A DNA stretch of 64,000 nt, taken from Dehalococcoidia bacterium (GTDB lineage: Bacteria; Chloroflexota; Dehalococcoidia; UBA6926). Within the stretch, counting starts at the first letter, position 1; the number at the start of each line of letters is the position of its first letter. Below, piece after piece: positions 28,213 through 38,180 of this stretch. The DNA lies in contig OZ250138.1 of NCBI GenBank assembly GCA_965237465.1, positions 1,340,110 to 1,404,109 of the forward strand. Direction: 5' to 3'. Made by a program: the position numbers and the translations under genes. A model generated the notes under the pieces. That model was not told the DNA's origin. It did not search any database and was given only the letters and a program-made list of their open reading frames with translations.

Positions 28213-28689
28213 GTGACTATGCTCAGCGGGGCCGGACTCATTTCGCAGCCTTCAGTACGTGGAGCGTCCTCAGCGCATTGGCTCCGTTCCATCGCCGTGA
28301 GAGGCGCAAGGCCGAGAGCAAAATTCCATTTCATGGATAACACCCCAGAAACGGATTGCGGCGCCGGCCTCAGAACGGCGAACAATGACTTCATGCACTC
28401 GGGAACTATTCTCGCGCTCGCCGATACTGCTCAGGCATGTGCAACGGTCGGCGCCTACCGGAGTGAGTTAGCGCAGGACGAGATCCCCGTCGCCGTGTTC
28501 GTCTCCAGCCAGATCGTGTCCAATGCGAGCGAGGGGCGGCTGGTCGCGGTGGCGACGGCGCAGCGCCTCGGCCGCGCGTTGACGGCGGCGTCGAGGCGTG
28601 CAACGGATGAAAACGTGCAGCTGATCACGCTCGGTAACTCCAACCCACCATTCCGTTCGACAGACTTGAACGACGTAAACGACCGTTGA
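28213..28689 (+). CDS. hotdog-fold thioesterase (PaaI-like); start uncertain
   Basis: Motif HSGTILALADTAQACA (the HGG...LAD motif of PaaI/4HBT). C-terminal GRLVAVATAQRLGRALTAASRRATDENVQLITLG fits the strand-turn-strand of the family. Alternative start at ATG 28333. Confidence 0.5.
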   Translation: MTMLSGAGLISQPSVRGASSAHWLRSIAVRGARPRAKFHFMDNTPETDCGAGLRTANNDFMHSGTILALADTAQACATVGAYRSELAQDEIPVAVFVSSQIVSNASEGRLVAVATAQRLGRALTAASRRATDENVQLITLGNSNPPFRSTDLNDVNDR

Positions 28690-28710
28690 ACTCGCCTAAC
28701 CCGCTTAACC

Positions 28711-31344
28711 CTAATCCGCGTGATTGCGCTGCGCAGAGCGAGGCCGCCTGCGACGTGCCATGGCGACAAGCCCGAGCAGGAGGCCGCCAATAATCAGAAC
28801 ATCCGACGTTGCCCCGCCGATGCCGCATCCTCCGGAGCCATTGTCGGAATCCGTCGCGGATCCACCGTTGTCTCCGACCCCTGGGGTGGAGGCTGCGCCG
28901 GTCGCCGAGGCCTCCACGGTGAGCAGACGCTCAGCGACGGTAGACAGTTCATCGCTATAGGCAGTTAAGGAAAGGCGATACAGGCCGGGGGCGAGCGCAG
29001 CCGTTTCACCGGCGCTGAAGGAGACCGAAAACGCGCCTGAGGCGTCGGGCCCGGTTGCTTCGCCGGCCTTGACGACGTTGCCTGTCGCGGGATCTGCCCA
29101 GACGTAACGCAGGCCAAGGACGCCGGGGCCATCCGCCGTCACCAGGACATCCAGCGGCTGGCCAATGGTGATCGCCTGTGCGCCGGACGGCTGCAGACTA
29201 ATGCCTTGGGCAGCGCCGAAGTACCAGTCACCCGGCTTAAAAGGATAGTCGGGATGCCGAAACGCGCGCAGCTCGGCGAATTGGGCAGGCGGGTCAAATC
29301 TATGCAGCTGGAACGGGCCATTGCTGATAACCATCAGGCCAAATTCATCAAACCAGGCCTGCGCGGCCTGATATCGCGCAATCGCCTCCTCCTCAGTCAC
29401 GTAGGTTTCTCCGCCGAAAGTCAGCGCATCTGTCGGGACGAACCCGTCTCTCTCCAACTGGCCTAGCGTCCTGTCCACGGTGCGCGCGTCTCGATCTTGT
29501 ACAAGACTGAGCCACGGGACGCCGAAACGCTGTGCGGAGGTGTTGCTATACGCGGCGCGACGCTGATTGAACACGACGTCATCCATGGCGGCGTACACCT
29601 CCCATGGCATGCTCAAGCCCGTCGGCACGGCGTATTCGGCAATGTAGTCGTCCACAAAGTGCCAGTAGTCCACGTAGACTTCGATGTGGTTTTCGTCAAT
29701 GATCCGGTAACCGCGGAAGGTGTCCAGCAGCGGCTTGGTAACAGTCGACAGCGCGAATTCAATCTGGGACTTCTCCGGACCATAGACCAGGTCGTTCGTT
29801 TGGTAGATGCCATAGATGACGTCCGCCATTGAGATCTGCTGCCCGTGGTGCCAGGGCGCCTGGAAGTACTTGCTGTAGTCAAAGACGACCCTTGATCTGG
29901 CCTCTACACCCGATCCAACGTTCGTCCACTGCTTGGTCTCGGCGTTCCACATCTGGGCGTCAGAGGGCACCGGCAGCCTGCCGGACGGGCCCGCCGTCTC
30001 AACGACATATGAGGCGCGCATTGGTATTGGCGTGCCTGTGAATGGATGGCGAGTGACGGCGGGATCAACAAGGTTGCGCCACACGTCGCTGCTATAGACA
30101 TCTCCGAATCCGGATACCGGGTTCCACGTGCTGCGCTCCGTCCACACCCAAAGGTGGCCGACGGTCAGCGTGTCCTGGCCCGGAATGTAGGCCTCACGGA
30201 ACGTCCATTGCAGCTTGGGTCCGGCGGAAACGTCCTCCGTCACGCCGACAATGTCCGTATCCGACGGGAACGTCGTCACGATCGTCGCGAGCCAGATACG
30301 GATGGAATCCTCAACGGAAATCCGGGTCGCCTCTTGATAGAGCACGTCACGTTCCGCCTGATCCTGGAAGTCGCCCTTGAATATCCGCTGGCCGATGTCA
30401 TCCAGCCGCGCATTCTCATACTGCCAGAAACCGCCCTCCTGCCACCCCGGCATGTTGCCGAGCCAGGGCGCGGCCATCTGGTTGATGGTGGCGGAGTCAT
30501 AGCGCTCCGCTGCGCCGCGTCCCCACCCCTCCGTGTACAGGTGCCACTCAAACAGCTGCGGGTCCGTGCTGTAGACCTTGAGAATGGCCGGACCGAACTG
30601 ATGGTATATGGGCGATATCAGAAATCCGGCGCCCTCCAGCTCCGCGCGAATCAGGTCGCCCACGTCGCGCCTCTCATCCTCAACGCGAATGATGAATTGC
30701 AGGCGAATCGGCTCTCCGTTAAAGTTCCACGCGCCATCGACCATTTCCGCTCCGGCGCCCTGCATGGCGTCCGCAATAGCGGCGCGAGCGCGCTCCGGAT
30801 CATACGTGAGATCCTGCCGGGCAAGCATCTCCGCAATGACCGTGTAGTCGAAGTCGAACGGGTTGACGTGCGTGTACATGGCGCGCGCGAGACCTTTGTA
30901 AATCTCCTGCGTGATGAAATCACGATTCACCAGGTGCTGGATCGCCCGGCGGACCTCCGGAATGGAGAAGGGATTGAGTTGGCCCTCCGGAGCCGGCGCC
31001 GGATTCAGGACCAGAGAGATCGTGGACGCGGGCGCTTCGTACAGTTTGATTGTTGGATCGTCGCGGAGGGCCTGAGCCGCATCCGTCTTGAGGTTGAAGA
31101 TGTACATGTCCATCGCGTCCCGCTGCAATTCCTGCGGGGCGAGGTCCACGTTGAACGATCGATATTGGAGCGTGTCCACCGCCGGGCCGGGGCGGTCATG
31201 AGGCGGCTCATACGAGCCGGCATCCTGGCCGAGCGCCGTGCCGCTGCCGACAAGCGCTGACAGAATGAGCACGGCGATAAGAGCCGCCAGGAGTGGGAGA
31301 GTCCTCCACAAGGGTCTGCGGTGTTTCACTGAAACGCTACGCAT
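28711..31344 (-). CDS. family-5 ABC substrate-binding protein homolog with long C-terminal extension and a GGC-TM-Arg-rich C-terminal sorting tag
   Basis: Start set at ATG 31342-31344 (GGAGA 8 nt upstream); ATG 31359 is an alternative. Signal peptide WRTLPLLAALIAVLILSALVG. SBP_bac_5-like core. C-terminus ...GSGGCGIGGATSDVLIIGGLLLGLVAMARRRRPRSAQRNHAD. Confidence 0.7.
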   Translation of the reverse strand: MRSVSVKHRRPLWRTLPLLAALIAVLILSALVGSGTALGQDAGSYEPPHDRPGPAVDTLQYRSFNVDLAPQELQRDAMDMYIFNLKTDAAQALRDDPTIKLYEAPASTISLVLNPAPAPEGQLNPFSIPEVRRAIQHLVNRDFITQEIYKGLARAMYTHVNPFDFDYTVIAEMLARQDLTYDPERARAAIADAMQGAGAEMVDGAWNFNGEPIRLQFIIRVEDERRDVGDLIRAELEGAGFLISPIYHQFGPAILKVYSTDPQLFEWHLYTEGWGRGAAERYDSATINQMAAPWLGNMPGWQEGGFWQYENARLDDIGQRIFKGDFQDQAERDVLYQEATRISVEDSIRIWLATIVTTFPSDTDIVGVTEDVSAGPKLQWTFREAYIPGQDTLTVGHLWVWTERSTWNPVSGFGDVYSSDVWRNLVDPAVTRHPFTGTPIPMRASYVVETAGPSGRLPVPSDAQMWNAETKQWTNVGSGVEARSRVVFDYSKYFQAPWHHGQQISMADVIYGIYQTNDLVYGPEKSQIEFALSTVTKPLLDTFRGYRIIDENHIEVYVDYWHFVDDYIAEYAVPTGLSMPWEVYAAMDDVVFNQRRAAYSNTSAQRFGVPWLSLVQDRDARTVDRTLGQLERDGFVPTDALTFGGETYVTEEEAIARYQAAQAWFDEFGLMVISNGPFQLHRFDPPAQFAELRAFRHPDYPFKPGDWYFGAAQGISLQPSGAQAITIGQPLDVLVTADGPGVLGLRYVWADPATGNVVKAGEATGPDASGAFSVSFSAGETAALAPGLYRLSLTAYSDELSTVAERLLTVEASATGAASTPGVGDNGGSATDSDNGSGGCGIGGATSDVLIIGGLLLGLVAMARRRRPRSAQRNHAD

Positions 31345-33730
31345 CGGAATCGTCTCCATTTTGCGCCCGCCGACGACGCCGTGAGTTTAGTTGCGCGGCG
31401 CCGATGATGCCGAGCGCCAGTAGACCGACGAGCGCCATATCGGCCGTCGCGTTGCCGGTGCTGCAGCCGCCGGAGGAACCATTGGATCCGCCGCCAGCGC
31501 CGGATTCCTCAATTCGATTGAGGGCCTCGCGAATATCTGCAAGCGTCTCAGCGCTCAGAGCCTCCTTGATCAACTCCACGTCGCGAGCCGTTTGAGCGAT
31601 GTTGTCGAAACCGAACTCGTTGTAGAAGGACGCGATGGCGGAGTTTCCTGAGGCGTCAAGCGCCGCAACGGTCTGCGCCCCCTCGCCTGCGATCGGGAAG
31701 AAGAGTTGCGTGCTGAATCGGCCCTCCGAGTTGGTTTCCAGCTGCGACACCAGGACGCCGCCGACGAGGATGTACACATCCTGATCCGCCTGGTAGTTGA
31801 ATCCCTGGACAGTGACGGGCGTGGCGGACGCGCCGCGTGATGGACTAAGGAAGATGGACGGGCTGGGCATCTGTCTCATGCGGGCGAACCCGATCTTCTG
31901 ATTCGTTCCCTGGAACTCGCCCAGCCGCGTGTCCGCCCACACCATGTAGACGTCCTCATCCGTCGCGTCCAGCCCAAAGTAGTCGCCAATGAACTGCCCT
32001 CCTGGGAACCCGTAGTTCGGGTTGGAGGAGGAATCCGTCACTCGGGAGTTGATGCCGAATGATTGCCCGTTGTCCTCAGAGACGGCGTAGTAAATGTGGT
32101 AGCGAAGATCTATGCCGGGGTCGTCGCGGGTGTCGCCCCACATGACGTGGACATTGCCGTTCGGCGAGACGTCCACTGCGGGAAAGAACTGTACACCGGA
32201 CGTCTCATCGTCATTCACCCTGATCTGCCGACTCCACGTTGCGCCTCGGTCCATGGAGCGGACCATGTAAACATCGGAATCATCTGACGGGTCGCCAGAC
32301 GGGGCCGCGCAGAAAATCAGGTAAAGCTGTCCCTCAGGCCCTACCGCGAGGCGTGAGAAAGAAGAGCCCCAGAATCGGAAGAAGGTGCTGCGAGGGGTGT
32401 AGCCCAGCTCAAGGAAATTAGCGGCGCGGCGTCCATCTTCAAACGATTCTCCGCCGTCCTTTGATTCAGCAACGTAGATCTGCGCAAGACCCTCAAACGG
32501 CCCGTCATCGGTGGAATCCATCCATGACACGTAGACCGTGCCGTCCGTGTGCGTGGCCACGTAAGAGCCCTGGAGTATTCTCTTGCGGCTCTCGATGACC
32601 TGCCCGTTGGGGATTATGTCCGGCGATTGCAGGTCGGCCGCAGTCTCGTCAGGATCGGCCTGGCCCTGCCCGTTGACGTCAAACACCTGCCGTATGATGG
32701 GGCTGACAACCTGCGGCAGCGACCACGTGATGCCGCCGTTTTCAGACTTGACCATCTCAATTGTCGTTTCGAGGACAGGCGTAGTGAGAAACGCGAGCTC
32801 ATCAGTGTAGGCGATGCGGTAGGTCGTGTTGAAGTTGGTGTACGTGATGTAGATGATGTCCGAATCCGGCTCATCAGGATTCGGGCCGATGGCCAGCCAG
32901 GGCTTGTCCAGGAAGCTGACAGAGACCGAGCCGCGAGTTCTGCCTTGGGCATCCAGTTCGAACTCGGATGACACCTGGCTGCGCACTGCGGGGGAGCCCT
33001 CAGTCCACGTGAAGCCGCCGTCAGACGATGCGCTGAGCGCCATGCTGGAAACCGTTGCGGCGCCGATGAGATTCCCGACGGTGAACTCCTCCACGTCGAG
33101 CGAGATGAACGTCGCAAATACGTTTCCTTCGCGATCGAAGGCCAAGACCGGGTCCCCGGCCGCGCCCAATTCCTCTCTGGGGCGCTTGATCACGGTCGGT
33201 CCTTCCCAGGTCACGCCTCCGTCGTACGTGACATACGTGGTGATGCCGGGGAAGTTGTAGTCGATCATGCCCGCGATGATGTGATCCGAGTCAGCGGGAT
33301 CAACCGTCAAATGCGGCTCCGTCTGGAGCGGCGCCGTACTGAAGTCCGTTGGGATCAGGATATTACGGCTGAATCGCGCGGAGGGATCGCGGTACGGCAC
33401 AAGGACGCCGCCCTGCACGGAGGGGGCAGACGGCTGCGCCGTCACTGGGCCGCTGCTCCCCGCTTGCTGCGCCCCCCAGCCGGCCGATGCCGGGTCCAGT
33501 CCCTGCGCAATGAGCGACGCGCGGCCGGAGAGCAGCAGCGTTGTCCTCTCGCGAAAGGCGAGGACGTCAGGGGCGAGATAGGGGTAGTCCGGCGTCAGGA
33601 TGCTGGACAGATTGGCCGGCCGTTCCGCGCCGTTGCCGTCGTCCGCAATTACGGAAGCGGACTGGGAAACAGCTAACAGAGACAGGACCACAGCCGTTAG
33701 TAGAATAAGACGGGTGGGATTCCGCCACAT
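31337..33730 (-). CDS. secreted BNR/Asp-box repeat protein (sialidase/glycosidase-like beta-propeller) with the same GGC-TM-Arg-rich C-terminal sorting tag
   Basis: Start at ATG 33728-33730 (MWRNPTRLILLTAVVLSLLAVSQSA; GGAGGTG 9 nt upstream). At least six S-x-D-x-G-x-T-W/F boxes (YDGGVTWEG, SSDGGFTWTEG, SENGGITWS, SKDGGESF, SMDRGATWS, SEDNGQSF). C-terminus ...GSSGGCSTGNATADMALVGLLALGIIGAAQLNSRRRRRAQNGDDSDA. Confidence 0.7.
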   Translation of the reverse strand: MWRNPTRLILLTAVVLSLLAVSQSASVIADDGNGAERPANLSSILTPDYPYLAPDVLAFRERTTLLLSGRASLIAQGLDPASAGWGAQQAGSSGPVTAQPSAPSVQGGVLVPYRDPSARFSRNILIPTDFSTAPLQTEPHLTVDPADSDHIIAGMIDYNFPGITTYVTYDGGVTWEGPTVIKRPREELGAAGDPVLAFDREGNVFATFISLDVEEFTVGNLIGAATVSSMALSASSDGGFTWTEGSPAVRSQVSSEFELDAQGRTRGSVSVSFLDKPWLAIGPNPDEPDSDIIYITYTNFNTTYRIAYTDELAFLTTPVLETTIEMVKSENGGITWSLPQVVSPIIRQVFDVNGQGQADPDETAADLQSPDIIPNGQVIESRKRILQGSYVATHTDGTVYVSWMDSTDDGPFEGLAQIYVAESKDGGESFEDGRRAANFLELGYTPRSTFFRFWGSSFSRLAVGPEGQLYLIFCAAPSGDPSDDSDVYMVRSMDRGATWSRQIRVNDDETSGVQFFPAVDVSPNGNVHVMWGDTRDDPGIDLRYHIYYAVSEDNGQSFGINSRVTDSSSNPNYGFPGGQFIGDYFGLDATDEDVYMVWADTRLGEFQGTNQKIGFARMRQMPSPSIFLSPSRGASATPVTVQGFNYQADQDVYILVGGVLVSQLETNSEGRFSTQLFFPIAGEGAQTVAALDASGNSAIASFYNEFGFDNIAQTARDVELIKEALSAETLADIREALNRIEESGAGGGSNGSSGGCSTGNATADMALVGLLALGIIGAAQLNSRRRRRAQNGDDSDA

Positions 33731-33941
33731 AAAATCGACACCTCCGCGGGCTCGGCCCGCTTGAACTGGACGAAAGCGAAAAGACAACCGCTGCTGGATC
33801 ATTTGGTAACGGAATCCAACACGTATCATAATAGTTGAATTGACCCCCTACGATACATCGTTCGCGGCTCGCACATAATCAATCTTGGGAGAATGCACTG
33901 TGCCAAAGGTGCTCGGTAGTCGCAACCTCAGGCGACATTTC

Positions 33942-36185
33942 ATGGCCCTGTTCGGTCTTGCCATCTCGCTTGCGTTTCTCCTGGCTGCGTGTCAGGGAAC
34001 CGAAGACGCTTCAGAGGAAACGCCGACGCCCGGAACGGTCGTTCCCGCAACGGCCACGCCGGCTTTGACTCCCGTGCCGGTTCCGGCAACGATCGTCGCG
34101 CCGTCGCCCACGGTCGTCCCTGCACTTACTGGAACGGCTGAAAACCCCGAAACGCAAGCACCTATTAGCGGGGAATTCAGGACGTATCACGATGGCCTGT
34201 ACGGATACTCCGTTCGCATCCCTGAAACATGGACAGCGTCGCGCCCCACAACGGGGCCACGGGGCGTCGTCACAGAATTTGACACTGGGGATGAGGACGT
34301 GGAGGTGCGAATCCTTGTCCTTTACCGCGAGGAGCCAACGCCAGCTGATGAGGTCGCCATGGATCAAGTAAACTCGCTAGCCGGCCTCAGCGGATTCAGA
34401 ACGATTACCGAAGCGTGGCTCGCGATAGAGGACGGGGCGGAGGTTTACCAGACCCTGTATGGATTCGGCACAGGCTCAAATGAGGTGCGCGGCGTCCTTA
34501 CCTTTGTGGCGGAGGGAACTGTAAACATCGGCCTGCAAGTGCAGGCCCCCCGCATCAAGTATGAACGCAACTTTGATGCCCTGGACGAGTTTGCAACCAG
34601 TCTCGCAATCGCCGACCTGCAGCCTTTTGGCGTCCAACGTGAAGAGGCGCTTGTCCTTTACCTTGACTTTGGCCCTCTGACAATGGACCCCGCCCTGGCC
34701 ACTGAGTCAGGATCGGCACAGTACATCGGCCACATTTTCGGCGGCCTCGTGCGGCTTAATGACGATCTTGAGCCCGCCGAGGATCTCGCGACGTGGACGG
34801 TGTCCGACGACGGCCTCACGTACACATTCGCGATCAAGGAAGGCGCCACGTTCCATGACGGCACGTCCGTGACTGCGAATGACGTCGTGTATTCATGGGA
34901 GCGCGCGCTCAGCCCGGACCTGACGATCCCCGGCGGAGCGCTCCCCTACCTCGATGACATCGTCGGCGCCCGCGAGTACGCCGCAGGCGAGGCTGACTCC
35001 ATATCAGGAGTGACGACGCAGGACGACGACACCCTCATTGTCACCATCGATGCTCCGAAGAGCTACTTTCTCTCCAAGCTCTCGCATACCTACGCGTCCG
35101 TCCTCAAGGAGGACAACGTGTACGAAGCGCAACCAACGCCCCCGAGCTCGGAAACGGATGCTGAAGATAGCGACGTTGAAAACCCGTGGTGGCACGCGGC
35201 AATCGGAACGGGTCCATATCGGCTTGAAGATTTCATTCAGGGCCGGGCGATGCACCTGCGCGCATACGAGGGCTATCACGGCGAACAGCCCAACGTGAGA
35301 AATGTTGTGTACCTGTTCCACTCCGGACTGCCCATTCCCATGATCCAGGAAGGCGTCGTCGATGCCACGACCCTTTCTTTGCGGAGCTACCAGGCTCTTC
35401 AAGAGGAAGAAAGCCCGCTTCTTGACAACGTAGCCGTAACGCCGGCTCTTAGCGTCTCCTATCTGGGATTCAATACCGCCATAGCTCCATTCGATGATCA
35501 GGACGTCCGCAGGGCCTTTCTGTGGTCTCTGGACCGCGAGGCAATCTATGGGGACGACGCGGAGGAAGTGGCGATTGCGCAGGGCTTCATGCCGCCGGGC
35601 CTGCCCGGCTACGATGAGAATATCGCGCCGATTCCGTACACCCCGGAGCGCGCGAAGGCTCTGTTTGACAGCACCGAGTACGGGCAAATGGAGGACAGGC
35701 CGGCCATCTTTGTCGCCCTCGGCGGCTCGATCAACCCCGTCCAGCGCGCCGCATTCGCCATGTGGGAGGAAAATCTGGGCGTGCGGATTGTGTATCAGGA
35801 GTTTGGGCAGTCCTACTTCTACGGCCTGTCGAGGATTCTCGAAGGTAACGAAGAGATCATGGGCGCAAACATGTACGAGTACGGATGGATAGCGGACTAC
35901 CCGGACGCGCACAATTTCCTCGATACGCTGTTCCACACTGGGTCCGAAAAGAACGCCGGAAAGGCAGGTTCTCCGGAAATCGACGCTCTCCTGGAGGAAG
36001 CCCGCACCGCCGGCGATGATCGCCTAGAGCTGTACCAGCAGATTGAACGCGCGCTGGTGGAGGAAGCGGTTGCTGTGCCCCTCCAGTTTGGCGCCGACTA
36101 CCTGCTTGTTGCCGATCGGGTGCGCAATCTCTTTGTGAACGCACAGGGCTTCCTGAACGTCAGTGACGTCGAGCTGGACAGCTAG
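33942..36185 (+). CDS. family-5 ABC substrate-binding lipoprotein with ~250-aa N-terminal extra domain
   Basis: ATG 33942 gives the lipoprotein signal MALFGLAISLAFLLAAC. C-terminal 500 aa are a classic SBP_bac_5 (peptide/nickel type). The caller's TTG 33885 start is less likely. Confidence 0.8.
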   Translation: MALFGLAISLAFLLAACQGTEDASEETPTPGTVVPATATPALTPVPVPATIVAPSPTVVPALTGTAENPETQAPISGEFRTYHDGLYGYSVRIPETWTASRPTTGPRGVVTEFDTGDEDVEVRILVLYREEPTPADEVAMDQVNSLAGLSGFRTITEAWLAIEDGAEVYQTLYGFGTGSNEVRGVLTFVAEGTVNIGLQVQAPRIKYERNFDALDEFATSLAIADLQPFGVQREEALVLYLDFGPLTMDPALATESGSAQYIGHIFGGLVRLNDDLEPAEDLATWTVSDDGLTYTFAIKEGATFHDGTSVTANDVVYSWERALSPDLTIPGGALPYLDDIVGAREYAAGEADSISGVTTQDDDTLIVTIDAPKSYFLSKLSHTYASVLKEDNVYEAQPTPPSSETDAEDSDVENPWWHAAIGTGPYRLEDFIQGRAMHLRAYEGYHGEQPNVRNVVYLFHSGLPIPMIQEGVVDATTLSLRSYQALQEEESPLLDNVAVTPALSVSYLGFNTAIAPFDDQDVRRAFLWSLDREAIYGDDAEEVAIAQGFMPPGLPGYDENIAPIPYTPERAKALFDSTEYGQMEDRPAIFVALGGSINPVQRAAFAMWEENLGVRIVYQEFGQSYFYGLSRILEGNEEIMGANMYEYGWIADYPDAHNFLDTLFHTGSEKNAGKAGSPEIDALLEEARTAGDDRLELYQQIERALVEEAVAVPLQFGADYLLVADRVRNLFVNAQGFLNVSDVELDS

Positions 36186-36223
36186 GAACAGGCGCAAGAA
36201 TTAGAATCGGAGAGGAGACGATA

Positions 36224-36598
36224 GTGCCGAGACCTATCGCACACTTTGAGATCGCCGCGCGCGACGCCAGGGCGTTGCAGGACTTTTACGGGAAGCTCTT
36301 TGATTGGCCGATCGACGCTGACAATCCGATGTCGTACGGCCTCGTCAGCGCCAAGGACGGCGACGAGGGCATCAACGGCGCCATCTACAACCATGACAGG
36401 GAGAATGAGCAGGACAAGCCCGGTATCCGCCTCTACATGGAGGTTGATGACGCGGACGCGTATGCGGCGCGGGCCATTGAGCTTGGTGGACAGTCCCATG
36501 GACCGGCGCAAGAGGTCCCCGGATTCGGAATAAAGGTGGGCGGCCTGGTTGATCCTGAGGGCAACATCATCGGCGTCATTCAACGCGTGGAAGAGTAG
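36224..36598 (+). CDS. VOC/glyoxalase-bleomycin resistance family protein
   Basis: 124 aa, glyoxalase-like beta-alpha-beta-beta-beta repeat (HFEIAARDARALQDFYGKLFDW ... GFGIKVGGLVDPEGNIIGV). Confidence 0.75.
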   Translation: MPRPIAHFEIAARDARALQDFYGKLFDWPIDADNPMSYGLVSAKDGDEGINGAIYNHDRENEQDKPGIRLYMEVDDADAYAARAIELGGQSHGPAQEVPGFGIKVGGLVDPEGNIIGVIQRVEE

Positions 36599-36643
36599 CT
36601 GCCGAGTTGCCTCTGTGCGCGCATCCGGGCCGATGGGATTGAA

Positions 36644-36720
36644 TGGAGGCGACGGCGGGATTCGAACCCACGAATAGGGGATTTGCAGTCCCCCGCCTTA
36701 AACCACTTGGCTACGTCGCC
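36644..36720 (-). tRNA. tRNA-Cys (anticodon GCA), CCA encoded
   Basis: Reverse complement GGCGACGTAGCCAAGTGGTTTAAGGCGGGGGACTGCAAATCCCCTATTCGTGGGTTCGAATCCCGCCGTCGCCTCCA. 7-bp acceptor stem, anticodon loop CUGCAAA, T-loop GTTCGAATC. Confidence 0.9.
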
Positions 36721-36788
36721 CTTGGCCTGACGCCCTTCATCCTGCGTCGCGCCTGCGCCCTGATTTTGCTGCCCCAATGTCCTGAGGG

Positions 36789-36875
36789 TGGTGCCGAGGA
36801 GGAGATTTGAACTCCTACGAGCTTTCGCCCACTGCCCCCTCAAGACAGCGTGTCTACCGATTCCACCACCTCGGC
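36789..36875 (-). tRNA. tRNA-Leu (anticodon GAG), long variable arm, CCA encoded
   Basis: Reverse complement GCCGAGGTGGTGGAATCGGTAGACACGCTGTCTTGAGGGGGCAGTGGGCGAAAGCTCGTAGGAGTTCAAATCTCCTCCTCGGCACCA. Anticodon loop UUGAGGG, class II variable arm. Confidence 0.9.
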
Positions 36876-36942
36876 TTGCGTCCGTATTCGCTGGCCCGCC
36901 CGTTGACGCGTTACGGAAACTGAGACAGGGCGTGCGGCGCGC

Positions 36943-37022
36943 TGGCAGGAGCGGAGGGATTCGAACCCCCGACCAACGGTTTTGGAGACCGTCGCTCTTC
37001 CGGGCTGAGCTACGCTCCTACC
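36943..37022 (-). tRNA. tRNA-Trp (anticodon CCA)
   Basis: Reverse complement GGTAGGAGCGTAGCTCAGCCCGGAAGAGCGACGGTCTCCAAAACCGTTGGTCGGGGGTTCGAATCCCTCCGCTCCTGCCA. Anticodon loop CUCCAAA. Terminal CCA not followed by an encoded CCA, so the 3' end is approximate. Confidence 0.85.
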
Positions 37023-37061
37023 ACAGTCGCTCCCAAATTATGCCGAGGACGGTCTGGAGCG

Positions 37062-38180
37062 TCAAACCTTCGGCCCATCATCCGGGGCATCGACGGCCTC
37101 CGTCGTCTGGCCTTCAGCGGCCTCCGCTCGTTGGCGCCCCTCTTCTCCATACAGGTGGCACTCCACCATGCGCTGCGGCTCAATCTCCATGAGCTTGGGC
37201 GAGACAACGTCACAAAGGCCTGGCATGAATGCGGGGCATCGGGGGTGGAATCGGCACCCGGTCGGAATGTTCGCCGAGCTGGGGGCCTCGCCGGCGATGA
37301 CAGGCCGCTCGCTCAGCCTGTTGGCGGGATCGGGGTCCGGCACAGCATCCAGCAGTCCCCTGGTGTATGGATGCAGAGGATTGTTGATCAACTCCGCCGT
37401 CGGTCCTTGCTCAACGATGCGGCCCAGGTACATGACGGCGGCCGTTGGCGCAAAGTGCCGCGCCGTCGCGATGTCATGCGTGATGTAGAGGTAGCCGATC
37501 CTGTGTCGCTCCTGCAGCTCGCCCAGGAGCGTGAGAATCTCTGCCCGGCTTGAGGCATCAATCATGGACACCGGCTCATCCGCCAGCATGTAGTCGGGAG
37601 TCAGGACAAGCGCCCTGGCGATTCCCACGCGCTGCCGTTGGCCTCCGGACAAGACATGCGGAAAACGGTCAAGGAACTCTGCGGCGGGACGGAGTCGGAC
37701 CTCGTCAAGAGCCCACTCCACCCGCTCACGCCGTTGTGCGCCGGATCCCGCATTGTGGATGACCAACGGCTCCTCGACGATCTGCCGAATGGTCATGTAG
37801 GGATCAAGGCTGCTGAACGGGTCCTGAAAGATGCCCTGCGCGCGACGCCGGAAGACCTTGAGGTGGCGCTCCGGCAGGTCGGTCACGTCCTCGCCGTCAA
37901 ACACGACGCGCCCCGATGTCGGCGCCAATAGCCTGAGCGAGACGCGACCAAGCGTCGTCTTGCCGCATCCTGACTCGCCCACGATTGCCACGGTTTCGCC
38001 CCGGTCCAGAGACAGTGAAACGCCGTCCAGAGCCTTCACGATGGACGTGCGAAAGCGTTGCCCGCGAGAACGAAAATGCATCGATATGTCATCAAGCTCC
38101 AACATCGGCGGAGCCCCCGATTGACGTTGACCGGGGCGAGATTGATCGGTCACGAGGTCGCCTCGTCCAGCAGCCAGCAT
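37062..38180 (-). CDS. oligopeptide/dipeptide ABC transporter ATP-binding protein (DppF/OppF-like)
   Basis: Walker A GESGCGKTT, signature LSGGQRQRV, Walker B, C-terminal oligopeptide-transporter extension with Cys residues. The start overlaps the upstream ATPase by 31 nt. An internal ATG at 38105 is an alternative. Confidence 0.8.
   Translation of the reverse strand: MLAAGRGDLVTDQSRPGQRQSGAPPMLELDDISMHFRSRGQRFRTSIVKALDGVSLSLDRGETVAIVGESGCGKTTLGRVSLRLLAPTSGRVVFDGEDVTDLPERHLKVFRRRAQGIFQDPFSSLDPYMTIRQIVEEPLVIHNAGSGAQRRERVEWALDEVRLRPAAEFLDRFPHVLSGGQRQRVGIARALVLTPDYMLADEPVSMIDASSRAEILTLLGELQERHRIGYLYITHDIATARHFAPTAAVMYLGRIVEQGPTAELINNPLHPYTRGLLDAVPDPDPANRLSERPVIAGEAPSSANIPTGCRFHPRCPAFMPGLCDVVSPKLMEIEPQRMVECHLYGEEGRQRAEAAEGQTTEAVDAPDDGPKV

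Noticed and set aside
30046-31260. 404-aa + strand ORF
   Set aside because: Antisense to the SBP-family gene 28711..31344, which has a signal peptide and family-5 SBP similarity. Composition is Arg/Leu/Val-biased noise.
35004-35936. 310-aa minus-strand ORF
   Set aside because: Antisense to the well-supported SBP lipoprotein gene 33942..36185.
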